From Thermoproteota archaeon (lineage in GTDB: Archaea; Thermoproteota; Thermoprotei_A; Sulfolobales; Ignisphaeraceae): DNA of 64,000 nucleotides. The stretch covers positions 128,001-192,000 of the forward strand of contig JAUQPB010000002.1 in NCBI GenBank assembly GCA_030550585.1. Reading direction: 5' to 3'. The notes below the pieces were generated by a model. That model saw only the letters and a list, made by a program, of their open reading frames with translations. It had not been told where the DNA came from and ran no database searches. Shown here piece by piece: positions 19,009-29,536 of this stretch (its first letter is position 1; every line of letters begins with the position of its first letter). The position numbers were made by a program, and so were the translations under genes.

Positions 19009-19716
19009 ATGCTAAAAACACTAAAAAGCGAAACTCCACATATATCTTTGATAGGACTTACTGTTGGACATATGAAGAAGTTAAAGAAGCTATTTAGAGA
19101 TAGCATTTTCTCAGAAAGGTATATAGTTTTCTATGGTTACTCAAAGTCTAAAATAATAGAAAAGGTGCCTACATTTTACATAGATCCACCTCTTATTAGA
19201 GGCTATGCCATGAGAAAAGCTATGGAAATTGCGCGCCAGCCACTAGTTGTATTGGTTAATGCTGATTCTAGGTGCGTTGACAGATCAACTATAAAGAGAG
19301 TTATTGAGGACATAGAGCTGGGCAAATACAAAATGTTTTTAGCCGCACCCCTCACATCCAAAGGCTTTGATAGACTATATAACAACATTGTCATTCCAAT
19401 ACTAAAAAGCGTCTTAGGTACGCAGGAACTAGCCTTTCCATCGTATTCCATTATTGTTGGACCTAGGAAGTACCTCGATGTCAATGAAAATACTCTATGG
19501 AGTTACGAGCATTTAGCGGCGTTGAACATTCTGATCAATGACAAGTCTAGCATTAGAATCGAGAATAACAACTGTATAGATACAGTTCCTGATATTTTTA
19601 ATGGAATGGAGGATCTGTTCATAAAATCTTTAGCAAGAAGCATTATAAGAGTTTCTACTAGATATGGGATTATTGAAAAAGATTTTGGAGAAAAGCTTGT
19701 AGAGGGTTTGCAGTAG
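19009..19716 (+). CDS. Hypothetical protein, possibly degenerate GT-A glycosyltransferase fold
   Basis: GYAMRKAMEIARQPLVVLVNAD resembles GT2 G.A...G...A..D.VVF.DAD. Confidence 0.5.
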   Translation: MLKTLKSETPHISLIGLTVGHMKKLKKLFRDSIFSERYIVFYGYSKSKIIEKVPTFYIDPPLIRGYAMRKAMEIARQPLVVLVNADSRCVDRSTIKRVIEDIELGKYKMFLAAPLTSKGFDRLYNNIVIPILKSVLGTQELAFPSYSIIVGPRKYLDVNENTLWSYEHLAALNILINDKSSIRIENNNCIDTVPDIFNGMEDLFIKSLARSIIRVSTRYGIIEKDFGEKLVEGLQ

Positions 19717-19717
19717 A

Positions 19718-20452
19718 TTGAAGGTGTTTATAGCAGTAAGCAAGAAGCATGCAAGACCTGTGCTGGATGTGGTTCATACGCTTAAACCAAGACCTAGGGT
19801 GCTGGTTGTAAGTTATGACGAAGAAGTAGAGGCTTTGAGTAAACATTATGGATACGAATTCAGATACCTAAGGGATAATCTAGAGCAGTTATCATCGATT
19901 CAAGAATTGCAAGAATATGATATGGCCATACTTGCACAAGACGAAGACTCTAAAAATGTGGCTATACTGAAAGCCATAAAACAGTTTGCAATACCAGTAA
20001 TAATTGTTTTGCTTCATAATACCAATAACAGAGATTTTCTAGCAAATGAAGGTGCTACATACATCATAAACGTTGATGAGTTTCTCTATAACAACTTATA
20101 TACACTCATATATCCAGATACATGGATTGAACTATCGCCTATAGCGGCTCTACCCAAATTTAGAATAGCCATGTATAGAGTACTTAGAAGAGCATTGTTT
20201 AACATACCTGTCAGCGAGATTATGAAAGTGACTGGGGAACACGAGCCAGGAGTTGCAGTGTTTTGTTTTAGCAGATTTGGAAATAGGATTTCCAATGATT
20301 CTGCACTTGAAACTGGTAGCTACATAGTTTTAGCAGGTTTTGAAGAAGATGTTGAAAAAGCTTTGAAGGAAATTGAAAAGCTTTTTAGAAAGTATGAAGA
20401 GGTTTATGCGAGAAGGTACTCAGACATAATTAGATTGAGAGAATATGGTTAG
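19718..20452 (+). CDS. TrkA/RCK-like domain protein
   Basis: DMAILAQDEDSKN...GATYIIN pattern of RCK-N; LETGSYIVLAG resembles RCK-C. Confidence 0.65.
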   Translation: MKVFIAVSKKHARPVLDVVHTLKPRPRVLVVSYDEEVEALSKHYGYEFRYLRDNLEQLSSIQELQEYDMAILAQDEDSKNVAILKAIKQFAIPVIIVLLHNTNNRDFLANEGATYIINVDEFLYNNLYTLIYPDTWIELSPIAALPKFRIAMYRVLRRALFNIPVSEIMKVTGEHEPGVAVFCFSRFGNRISNDSALETGSYIVLAGFEEDVEKALKEIEKLFRKYEEVYARRYSDIIRLREYG

Positions 20453-20459
20453 GTAAACC

Positions 20460-21212
20460 ATGAACGAATTACTCAACGCGCTATTACCACTAATCTACAG
20501 GATTATTGCAGCTACAATAGTAATTGTGGCTGTCTACGCCATCGCAAGATTCTTAACCAAACTACTACAAATGTTCTTTAAAGGGGCTGAGGCCGAATAT
20601 ATTGCTCGCCTTACCGAGCTTCTAAAACTATTTCTATACTTAGTTGCCGCAATAGTTGCTGCCAGTATAATTGCTCCAGAGATCCAAATATTTTCCGCAT
20701 TGCTTCTAGTAATAGGAATAGCAATAGTGGTTATGTTAAACGATGTGCTTAGAAACATTGGTGCAGAGATTTATGTAAGACACCATGGTGTTGTGCGAAG
20801 GGGTGATTGGATTGAGATAGAGGGGCAAAACATTCGTGTGCTAGACTTTGGCGCTCTTGGGATTTGGGGTGAAACAGCAAAATCTGAGAAGGTCTTTGTC
20901 CCATATTCAAAGATTTTGAATAGTATTGTAACAAATAGACTTACAATACTTGGGCTCTTAACAAGAATTCAAATACTGATACCATCATCATACAGTGTTG
21001 AATATGCGGAAAAGGTTGTTAGGCAAGCAATAGAGAAAATCAAAGAAGATTTGGTTACAGAACCAGAAATTAATTATGCTGGAACAGTAGGAGAGTCATC
21101 TGTGTTCCTAGTAGAGATTCGCATTATTAACTATAGAAAACTGGAAAAAATTATCGCATTGCTAGAAAAAGAAATTCAGACTAGAATTCCTGAGGTAAGA
21201 ATCAAGGCGTAA
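20460..21212 (+). CDS. MscS-family mechanosensitive channel
   Basis: 3 TM segments, then RRGDWIEI and VFVPYS beta domain. Confidence 0.8.
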   Translation: MNELLNALLPLIYRIIAATIVIVAVYAIARFLTKLLQMFFKGAEAEYIARLTELLKLFLYLVAAIVAASIIAPEIQIFSALLLVIGIAIVVMLNDVLRNIGAEIYVRHHGVVRRGDWIEIEGQNIRVLDFGALGIWGETAKSEKVFVPYSKILNSIVTNRLTILGLLTRIQILIPSSYSVEYAEKVVRQAIEKIKEDLVTEPEINYAGTVGESSVFLVEIRIINYRKLEKIIALLEKEIQTRIPEVRIKA

Positions 21213-21250
21213 AATAGCATTAATAAGAATTGTGATAGTGAGGATTTGAA

Positions 21251-22444
21251 TTGGATAGAGAGTGGATTAAATACTACAGAATTTGGGTTGTACACTCCAT
21301 CTTCTACAGTTTTTCAACAACAATTTCTATTACATATTACCAGCCATATGCAATAAAAGTTCTAGGATTTGATACCAACAGCTTAGGAAATATAACTTTG
21401 TTCAATCTGCTAATGGTTTCTCTAGGAAATGTTCTGGGATCATACATTGTTAATAAATTTAGAGCTCGAAGAGTAACCGTGTGGAAGATATTCACATCAA
21501 TGAACCTTCTTTTTTGGGCGTTAACAGGATTTTCTGATACCGTCAATGAGAATTTCATATATCTTTTCATCTCATTTGCACAGCTTGCAGGAGCCGTAGG
21601 CAATCTAGCATATGTTGACACCATTGGCGATATGATACCAGTGCAAGAAGCTGTCAAGACTTTTGGTAAAGTCAATTTCTATACACTAGCATCGTCCGTC
21701 TTAGCGCTGTCCATCTCTCTAGCTATATTCAATTTTTATGATATTCACCATGCATATAGAATTGCATATGCAATAGCCCTTATTACAGCAATAGTTTCAG
21801 CAACGTTCTTATTTCTCATGAAGGACTTGAGTAGGAAGGAAAACAAAAATTTGTCTATCTCTATACTATTTAGAGAATTCAAGGAGCTCCTTAACAGTGA
21901 TGCTATCAAAGGGTATATAGTATTCATGACCATCTTCACATTTTTTGTCAACCTGCCTAACGCTATATGGAACTTTTACATAATAAAAGTATTTAATGGC
22001 AACGAAAATTGGATATCCTTAAACACAATCTCAAGCACATTAGCTAATGCTCTAGGAAACTACATATTGGGTAGGGTATCGCATAAGATCTCTAGGAAGA
22101 AGGTAATAACATTCAGCACAATTCCAATTTCTCTTGTTCCAGCATTTTTCTTGGTATCATCGACTATGGATAAGCAAATTGCACTAAATATATTCTCAGG
22201 ATTTAGCTGGTCAGCTTTTAACCTCGTAACAGGCGTTTACAACATATACCTTGGTAGAGAACGTAGAATATTCATGGTTTCGTTACTTGGTATTTTAACA
22301 AACATTTCTGCAGGAATAGCATCAAAAGTTGGTGCCTCAGTTGCGTCAATAAGCCTCATGATGATGAACCTAGTGTTCATATTATCCTTCATTGGAAGAT
22401 TGGTCATGTACTTCTACGCTAAAAAGAATATAGTTGAACTTTAA
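21251..22444 (+). CDS. MFS transporter
   Basis: About 12 hydrophobic segments in two halves. Confidence 0.75.
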   Translation: MDREWIKYYRIWVVHSIFYSFSTTISITYYQPYAIKVLGFDTNSLGNITLFNLLMVSLGNVLGSYIVNKFRARRVTVWKIFTSMNLLFWALTGFSDTVNENFIYLFISFAQLAGAVGNLAYVDTIGDMIPVQEAVKTFGKVNFYTLASSVLALSISLAIFNFYDIHHAYRIAYAIALITAIVSATFLFLMKDLSRKENKNLSISILFREFKELLNSDAIKGYIVFMTIFTFFVNLPNAIWNFYIIKVFNGNENWISLNTISSTLANALGNYILGRVSHKISRKKVITFSTIPISLVPAFFLVSSTMDKQIALNIFSGFSWSAFNLVTGVYNIYLGRERRIFMVSLLGILTNISAGIASKVGASVASISLMMMNLVFILSFIGRLVMYFYAKKNIVEL

Positions 22445-22553
22445 AGCAATATGGTAATTGATGTACTTTACATTTTGAATTATTTTATGTGTCAAGCACC
22501 TTTTTACTATTTCACTATTATAATGCTAGAAAACATGAGAATGGGCTACAACA

Positions 22554-23720
22554 ATGATGTGGTACATCATATCGACAATAGCATACGGAATGCTATCTGC
22601 ATTAGACCCTCTTTTATTTATTTACATAGCATATTCTCTAAATGTTAACGGAGTCTATCTGGGCATTCTAAGTACTATGTGGAGTATTGCATACATAATT
22701 GCTAACAAAGCTTTAGACGCATTTGCTGATCGTGGATCAAATAGAATGCTCTGTGCATTAACACTGCTTTGCGTGTTTCTCATAACATACTTCTTCAATA
22801 ACATTAACTTCGTTATAGGCTTTCTTCTCTACATATTACATGCGGTTGCCATAGCTTCTTTAAATTTAGCCATAAGTGTTACAACATTGGAAAGTTTTGA
22901 CAGCGATTCATGGAACAGAATGACATTGTACAATAAAGTGATAAGTAATATTGCTAGAGGTTCAACCCTAATCATCGCATCCATGCTTAGTGTAGCATCT
23001 ATTATCAATCTATTTTATGTAGTTTTACTAAACATTGCAATAACAGCTATCTTAATGCCTTCACTGGTCATAGCATTTGAAAGGAGGTTCTTCAAATTGA
23101 ATAAAACATTAGATAGAATAGGATATTATATAAAAGCCTCTTCATCTCTGCTATATATAGATAGACCAAAGACTGCTATGGAAATATTTGCTAGGTTTTG
23201 GGATAGTGTTGAAAACATCTCACCTATAAGGGTATTGATCTCCATAACAGGGGGTGTTGCAGTAGGAGATTATGTATTTACTATAGTACCGTTGGTTGTA
23301 AAATCCAAGATTGTAGTAACCGATATGTGGAAGGTTTATGGGATAGCAGCCATAATATCTGCTTTAATAAGTTTTTTACTGAGGAATGCAGATTTCTCGA
23401 GTAGAATATTCGCATTTACAGTATCCCTTCTGCGCTTAGCAATTCTCACAATAGGTTTTGGTCTCATATCAAATGTGTTGTATCTGTTGTTATACATAGT
23501 GATTACATCAACGCTTTTCATGATGCTAGATATAACCCTTTACAACATTTACATATCTACACAGGCGGGTTATGGAACATCAGCATACTTTATATTTAGA
23601 GAAATAGGATCAGTCATAGGTTCGCTGATCGGAGGTTTTGCGATAGGTCTGGGTCAACACACATTCTTGTCAATAGCAATAGCAATTGGTTTGGCAACTG
23701 CAATTCCTCTTGTATTGTAA
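22554..23720 (+). CDS. Divergent MFS-like membrane protein
   Basis: About 12 TM segments; C-terminal REIGSVIGSLIGG. Confidence 0.65.
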   Translation: MMWYIISTIAYGMLSALDPLLFIYIAYSLNVNGVYLGILSTMWSIAYIIANKALDAFADRGSNRMLCALTLLCVFLITYFFNNINFVIGFLLYILHAVAIASLNLAISVTTLESFDSDSWNRMTLYNKVISNIARGSTLIIASMLSVASIINLFYVVLLNIAITAILMPSLVIAFERRFFKLNKTLDRIGYYIKASSSLLYIDRPKTAMEIFARFWDSVENISPIRVLISITGGVAVGDYVFTIVPLVVKSKIVVTDMWKVYGIAAIISALISFLLRNADFSSRIFAFTVSLLRLAILTIGFGLISNVLYLLLYIVITSTLFMMLDITLYNIYISTQAGYGTSAYFIFREIGSVIGSLIGGFAIGLGQHTFLSIAIAIGLATAIPLVL

Positions 23721-23730
23721 TATCTTGAGG

Positions 23731-24588
23731 CTAAGGTGGTGAAACATTATAAAACCTAGCAATATTGTCAACATTCAATCTCCACAAATAACTTTCATCG
23801 ACGACATTTTCATGTAATAGCTTCAACTGGTTTTCAACTATTTGCCACGGATACGAAGATACACCAGGCCTTTTTGGATCATCAATGAAATCGCTTTCAA
23901 CAATATAGTCTGGTGAAAGTCTTCTAAATGCTTCTTTTAAGACTTGGTATTTTCCAGGAATTGTAAAGATAAAGCCTCTTTTCAAAGCTTCTTCCGATGT
24001 TGGAATGTCGGAATGGTGAAGCACTATCTTATATCTGTTAATATTGTAATCCTTCACAATGCTCTCAATATCTAAGACTGTTAGATATCCTCCCTGCTCA
24101 AGATGAAGATGTACAAAACAATTTAGATCTCTGGCTAGGGCTAGTGCATATCTTAAAATAATTGAATTTGCTATGAAAGATTCTGGGATTGTCTTATAAT
24201 GCGGTCTTCCAATTTCTCCAATGCCATCTATTAAACCATTCTTGACGAGCTTGCCAATGTGGTTCAGTATATTTTGAGCCATGTCCAAGATCTTTTCTCC
24301 ACCTCTTGGATTCCTAACAATCAAGTCATCTATATCAGCAGGGTGTATACCCGATAAACAAATAACCTTTAACCCCTCTTCCCTAGCCGCTTCGCACTCC
24401 TTAAGCAGCACATCAATGCTTTTTACATATCCATCAAAATTCATATCAAAACCTAGATGCTTTGGCGACAGACCTACTAATACCATGAACCATCCATTAA
24501 CCTCTTTGAACTTCTTTGCAACGGTTCTAGCGCCCAGACCTTTAACAGGGTTTGTATGTAGGTGTCCATCTGCAAAAAGCATCTTCAA
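23731..24588 (-). CDS. TatD-related metallohydrolase
   Basis: DGHLH, GIHP, GIGEIGRPH, HLHLE, ESDFIDDPKRPG. Confidence 0.85.
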   Translation of the reverse strand: MKMLFADGHLHTNPVKGLGARTVAKKFKEVNGWFMVLVGLSPKHLGFDMNFDGYVKSIDVLLKECEAAREEGLKVICLSGIHPADIDDLIVRNPRGGEKILDMAQNILNHIGKLVKNGLIDGIGEIGRPHYKTIPESFIANSIILRYALALARDLNCFVHLHLEQGGYLTVLDIESIVKDYNINRYKIVLHHSDIPTSEEALKRGFIFTIPGKYQVLKEAFRRLSPDYIVESDFIDDPKRPGVSSYPWQIVENQLKLLHENVVDESYLWRLNVDNIARFYNVSPP

Positions 24589-24648
24589 GATATCACCATC
24601 TCAGAAAATTCATTTCATAGAAAATAAAAATATAATGTTTTGCTATAT

Positions 24649-24697
24649 TCAGCTGAGGATAATGCAATCATCGATCATGTCGGCTCTTCTTCATCAT
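24649..24697 (-). ncRNA. C/D box sRNA targeting the 23S peptidyl-transferase region
   Basis: ATGATGA-AGAAGAGCCGAC-ATGA-TCGATGA-TTGCATTATCCTCAG-CTGA; D' guide complements GUCGGCUCUUC. Confidence 0.9.
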
Positions 24698-24722
24698 TTT
24701 TCTAAGCTATAGCAGTAAAATT

Positions 24723-25013
24723 CTACTGTTTTCCAAGCTCTTCTTCAGTTTTCCTCCTCTTAACAGCTCTATCAAACAATATCCAGTTCCTATACCACTC
24801 TTCATTTTCTTTTCGTAGCAACTCTAAAATCATCTTGGTCAGATCTTTAGCGCTGACCTCATTAATATTTTGCTCCAAGAGTTTTGCCTCAACGATTTTA
24901 GCTATTTTTCTTGCAGCCTCTACCGTTGCGCCGGCCTTTAGGCAACTAACAACTATTTTCTCAGGTATAAACTCCTCTTTAGATCCATCCCTTTTCACAA
25001 CTATTATACCCAA
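24723..25013 (-). CDS. Stand-alone ATP-cone domain protein
   Basis: VVKRDGSKEEF..EKI ATP-cone motif, 96 aa. Confidence 0.85.
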   Translation of the reverse strand: MGIIVVKRDGSKEEFIPEKIVVSCLKAGATVEAARKIAKIVEAKLLEQNINEVSAKDLTKMILELLRKENEEWYRNWILFDRAVKRRKTEEELGKQ

Positions 25014-25081
25014 CTTTTCACCCCGAAGACACTTAGAGAATTTTTATAAGCATTATAAACTTTTCAAAAAATGGTGAGAAA

Positions 25082-25957
25082 TTGAACAATGCGAGCATAG
25101 CGTTGGTCTCTGGTCTTTTAACCTATGATTCGGGAAAGACATGGTTTGTAATAGGCTTAGCCAAGAGTATTATAGAGAAGGGTTATAGTGTAGCAGTTTT
25201 CAAGCCTGTTGCAGGCCACAATCTATGGAGCCAATACAAAGCCTTTCAATATAGTGTAAAGGCTGGGATGCTTCTAGGCGAAGACGTTGGCAAATACATA
25301 TCGTATTTAAAGCTAAGTGATCAGCCGCAGATTATGAACCCCATTGATATATTGTTGGCTCCTCCTGATCCAGTGAGATACATATCGAATAGAGATTTGA
25401 TCAGCTATCTAGAGGATCTGGAAAACCAGTTTAAGCAAATGGTACTGGCAAGATATAGCGATTGTGAACATAGTACATCAAAACACTATGTTTTCAGCTC
25501 TAACATAGCAAAGTTATCGCCTCACATCAAGAGAATTGTAGAAAAGCTTTCATTTGCTGTTGAGGCGGAGGATGCAAGTGCTGAAGACTTTATCGCAAGG
25601 TTGAAATCCGCTAGCGCCGAAGAGAATATTGATAAGTGTTTGTCAAAACTGATGCAGGGAAAGGATTTGGTCATAGTGGAATCTTTTAACGATGCTATAA
25701 CACCATACATTAGATTATTAGACAAGGTGGCAAACATCTTTGTTGTTATGCCAGCGGCTGTTGCTATTTATAGTGACATCGTAAAGGTGAAGAATGTTGT
25801 TATAGAAAATGTCAAGAGATTTGGTGAACTAGGTCTGAAAGCATATAATCTTCTCCAATATTTACCTCCTGATAACGTTATGAGTTTAATGCCTAGAACA
25901 AGCGAAATAGAGTATGATAGTGTATTCGAAGAATTGATAAAAATATTGTTTAGTTAG
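25082..25957 (+). CDS. P-loop NTPase (dethiobiotin synthase/CobQ-like fold, COG4028-like)
   Basis: YDSGKT, FKPVAGHN, NPID, IVESFND. Confidence 0.7.
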   Translation: MNNASIALVSGLLTYDSGKTWFVIGLAKSIIEKGYSVAVFKPVAGHNLWSQYKAFQYSVKAGMLLGEDVGKYISYLKLSDQPQIMNPIDILLAPPDPVRYISNRDLISYLEDLENQFKQMVLARYSDCEHSTSKHYVFSSNIAKLSPHIKRIVEKLSFAVEAEDASAEDFIARLKSASAEENIDKCLSKLMQGKDLVIVESFNDAITPYIRLLDKVANIFVVMPAAVAIYSDIVKVKNVVIENVKRFGELGLKAYNLLQYLPPDNVMSLMPRTSEIEYDSVFEELIKILFS

Positions 25958-25967
25958 TTTTCCACTA

Positions 25968-26594
25968 TCAATGGATTTCATGCAAAAATTTAACTAACTT
26001 GGATAGAAATTGAGCATATGCTAAATCCTCTAGAGATTCTACAATCATTTCAGCCTCGTATATGTCTCTTCCCATACCAATAACGCCATGCTTTTCAAGA
26101 ACTATTGCATTGCAACCAGTAGCGGCTTTCTCACCTACAAGCCTTGCAAGCGCTTCTGTACCTGGCTCCACATAGGGAATATATTCAATCCTTTTTATGA
26201 ATATCATGACTTCAGAAAGCAGAGATTCATCAAGTCTTAGACCAGCAATAGAATATGCCACAGTTATGGGGTTATGAGCATGGATAACAGCGTTTACATC
26301 AGGTCTAGCCTTGTATATGGCTACATGAAACCTCCACTCACTCGATGGTTTTCTAGAACCTTCAACAACATTTCCATTCAAATCGATTTTAACAAGATCA
26401 TCTACCTTAAGACCACCTTTGAACACCCCTGATGGAGTAATCCAGACATAGTTTGTCCCAGCAACTCTAATACTTGCATTGCCAGACAAGGCAGATACTA
26501 GACCCCTTCTATACAAATTTCTCATAACATTGACTATATCCTCCTTAATCTTCTCCTCACTATAGACAAGGCTTGACATAGATAGGACAACCAA
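25968..26594 (-). CDS. Class II aldolase/adducin family protein
   Basis: GNASIR, ITPSG, PSSEWRFH, VIHAH, HGV. Confidence 0.9.
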   Translation of the reverse strand: MVVLSMSSLVYSEEKIKEDIVNVMRNLYRRGLVSALSGNASIRVAGTNYVWITPSGVFKGGLKVDDLVKIDLNGNVVEGSRKPSSEWRFHVAIYKARPDVNAVIHAHNPITVAYSIAGLRLDESLLSEVMIFIKRIEYIPYVEPGTEALARLVGEKAATGCNAIVLEKHGVIGMGRDIYEAEMIVESLEDLAYAQFLSKLVKFLHEIH

Positions 26595-26828
26595 GATGAT
26601 AGGACTTTCCTAAAATATAAAAATTTTGGTATATAAAATTATTATCAAACACACTCTTACAACATATAAATATAGCAATTATTACAATAAACAACTTTAT
26701 TATTATTTGCCTATTATTTGGTTTAAGTTTTCAGAACGTATTATCGGGCTATTAGATACATTGAATTGCCTTGTGTAGAAAATGAAGCAACATCTCATTT
26801 AGCCTTGGAGAATCTTCGATAGGTGTCT

Positions 26829-26881
26829 TCAGATGGGTAACCGCTACATCACCTTTCATTGCTCCCCGAAAAGCTCATCAT
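26829..26881 (-). ncRNA. C/D box sRNA
   Basis: ATGATGA-GCTTTTCGGGGAGCA-ATGA-AAG-GTGATGT-AGCGGTTACCCAT-CTGA; D' guide fits a 23S CCCCGAAA-like site. Confidence 0.85.
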
Positions 26882-26941
26882 CGTAAAGATGTAGTAGAAG
26901 TAATATTGCATTATAAGCTTTTGCATTTAATTAGAGATTTT

Positions 26942-28204
26942 TTAGTAGGTGCCGGCTCTTTTCCTTTGTATAAGCGAAAGTCTTATTCCTGTTATCACTA
27001 TGTCACTGTTAAATATACGCGTTGTTATAGCAATAATAACAATACATGTTATTATCGAGGATGCAAGTGATGTTATCACAAGTTGTATTGCGTTAGACAG
27101 TTTCGCTATGGCAAGAACATATATCGTTGGCGCAACTAAAACTCCATATAAAATTGATGTTGCTATATTGAGTGGCATGGAAATGAATAGAGCTGCAATA
27201 CCAAATCCAAAATAGAGAAGCGTTATCGGCATTGCTAAAATACTAGCCGTTCTTTCATCAGATGATATAGAACCTATTAAGACTCCTACAGCGCCGCTGT
27301 ATATCAATCCTATGATAAGCGATGTTATTACGAAAACTATGAAATCAGGTGTGAATATTGTCAGGTTAAATGATGCTTCAACTAGATTTGGTTCGCTAGT
27401 CACGGGTTGTGAGATTTGGGCTATCATAAAGAACATTGCTAGGAAATATATAAAACCTGTTATAAAAGCCATGATGACAGAGCTAATGATTTTCGCGATT
27501 ACGATATCTCTTCTTGGGATTGGCTGAGAAAGAAGCATTTCAAATGCCTTTTCAACCTTCTCTATAGCTGTGATGCTGGTAGCAGAAGATGTTGTGAGTC
27601 CCATCATAAAAGACAGGATGAAAATTAGTGCTGTGACTACCTGGATATAGCTATTTAGTTGTTGCGAGTTCAGCACCTTCCCGAACGCAACCATATTTTG
27701 GTTTATGATAACAGGCCTTTCTTGGGGTATTGAAATATTGTTTAAAATGCTTATTGTTTGTGTAATAGTCTTTGACAATATTGATGCAATTGTTTGAAGG
27801 ACTCCGGTCTTTGTTTGTATGCTTATTTGAGAAAAATCATTTATTTTGGCATAGCCCCATATCATAGCAGGTCTTCCCACAGTTGCATTATCTGTGAAAC
27901 CTCTTGGAAGTACTATAACGTACAAACTCTTGTTCAATGCAAGGTCAATAGACGGGTAAACCTTAACACCGCCACCTAAAGACGTATTCAGCCTATTTAT
28001 TAGAAGTTTCACAAATTGGTTATTCTCCTCAGCCACAACCCCAACATCTAGTCTCATTGTTTCCTGCACAGCTTGCGAAATACCTGCTCTAGTAATCCCT
28101 CCAATGAATCCGTAAAAGAAGAATATGAATATTAACGATACTATAAAAGCAGGGTTTCTAATCATCGCCTTAACTTCTCTTATAATGAGTTGTCCAAGAG
28201 GCAT
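26942..28204 (-). CDS. ABC-2 type (NatB-like) permease
   Basis: EKVEKAFEMLLSQPIPRRDIVIAK; 1+5 TM topology with large extracellular loop. Confidence 0.85.
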   Translation of the reverse strand: MPLGQLIIREVKAMIRNPAFIVSLIFIFFFYGFIGGITRAGISQAVQETMRLDVGVVAEENNQFVKLLINRLNTSLGGGVKVYPSIDLALNKSLYVIVLPRGFTDNATVGRPAMIWGYAKINDFSQISIQTKTGVLQTIASILSKTITQTISILNNISIPQERPVIINQNMVAFGKVLNSQQLNSYIQVVTALIFILSFMMGLTTSSATSITAIEKVEKAFEMLLSQPIPRRDIVIAKIISSVIMAFITGFIYFLAMFFMIAQISQPVTSEPNLVEASFNLTIFTPDFIVFVITSLIIGLIYSGAVGVLIGSISSDERTASILAMPITLLYFGFGIAALFISMPLNIATSILYGVLVAPTIYVLAIAKLSNAIQLVITSLASSIITCIVIIAITTRIFNSDIVITGIRLSLIQRKRAGTY

Positions 28205-28333
28205 AAACCACTCCTTAGCGATACTAATCTATAGAATTATAAAATTGCTGGACTAATAAAATAAATCTATATGAGTTTTGTGAAGCTGTTCCTTATCGAA
28301 TAAAATGAATATAAAATTAATTAATTGAATATG

Positions 28334-29536
28334 TTATAGAGCTTTTTCTGAAACAATCTTTTCTATAGTTTCTATATAGTTTCTTACCTTTTCAGGCAAG
28401 CCACTTATATCTATGGTTGCAAACCCTCTTACCAATGCTGAAATAGCTTCGTCTCTAGAAAAACCTTTGCTAATCAGATAGTTTATCTCGTCTTCTGCAA
28501 GCCTCCCTATAGATGCTTCATGAGTTAAGATTACATCGGGGTGTTTAGCTATGAGCTCTGGGACTGTTTGTATAAGTGAGTTATTTGACATCATAAGACC
28601 TCTACAGTCAATATGGCCTTTGCCCATTCTTCCACCAGTGATTTGGGCCCTCATAACGATTTTTGACTCATCCCTTGCAATAGCTCTTGAAACAAGTTCT
28701 GCTGATGCTCCATCTCCCTCTATATATGCTGCACTACCAACATCTATATCAGAATCCTCCAAGCCAAGTATAATAGATGCTAAGAACGCCCTTGAATTGC
28801 TTGAGAGATAAACCTTTGGGTAGGTCTGAAGTGTTTTAACTTTTGATATATTGACATAGTATGAAACATACTCTCCCTCTTCATCAACACTAACAACAGT
28901 TCTTGGCCTTACATGCGCAACTTTATTCCATGAATGGACCATCACAAATCTGAGCTTGGCCTTTCTACCAACAAAGAATTCTGATATCCCAACATGGAGT
29001 CCTAGAACCTCTGGTGCAATTGTACAGCCAGTATAGACAGTTGCTTCAGCACCATCTTCAACAACAACTATGTTATGTGGTGCTTGAAGACCCTTATAGC
29101 TCATATACAAGCAAGCCATTATAGGCTCGTCAACTTTACTGCCTTTCTTAACTCTTATGAAATACCCTCCCCTACCTCTAAGATAAGCCAAAGCTGTAAA
29201 TTTATCTGTAGATGGGTCAATAAGCCTCCATGCAAATTCCATTGCCTCATCAGGTTTCTGCTCAATGAAATCCTCAATCCTATACACCTCAACGCCAGGG
29301 ATCCTACTCAAATACTTAAAGTAGCTTTGATCAACCTGTATGTACAAGGCATTCGCATTCAGGTTGACTCCAACTTCCTCGGCTTTAGATACATCAAGAA
29401 GACCCTTAGATCTATTCCCAACTTCCTCGGCTTCCAGATACTGAGATATATCTATGTCTAAACCATATGGAGATGGCTTATCCAGCGCCTTTACTGCCTT
29501 TTCTCTTAATTCGCTATGCCAATCCTTTAAACCCAT
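28334..29536 (-). CDS. sufB: SufB/SufD-family Fe-S assembly scaffold
   Basis: YTGCT, HVGISEF, CRGL, LTHEASIG, YLISKG. Confidence 0.85.
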   Translation of the reverse strand: MGLKDWHSELREKAVKALDKPSPYGLDIDISQYLEAEEVGNRSKGLLDVSKAEEVGVNLNANALYIQVDQSYFKYLSRIPGVEVYRIEDFIEQKPDEAMEFAWRLIDPSTDKFTALAYLRGRGGYFIRVKKGSKVDEPIMACLYMSYKGLQAPHNIVVVEDGAEATVYTGCTIAPEVLGLHVGISEFFVGRKAKLRFVMVHSWNKVAHVRPRTVVSVDEEGEYVSYYVNISKVKTLQTYPKVYLSSNSRAFLASIILGLEDSDIDVGSAAYIEGDGASAELVSRAIARDESKIVMRAQITGGRMGKGHIDCRGLMMSNNSLIQTVPELIAKHPDVILTHEASIGRLAEDEINYLISKGFSRDEAISALVRGFATIDISGLPEKVRNYIETIEKIVSEKAL

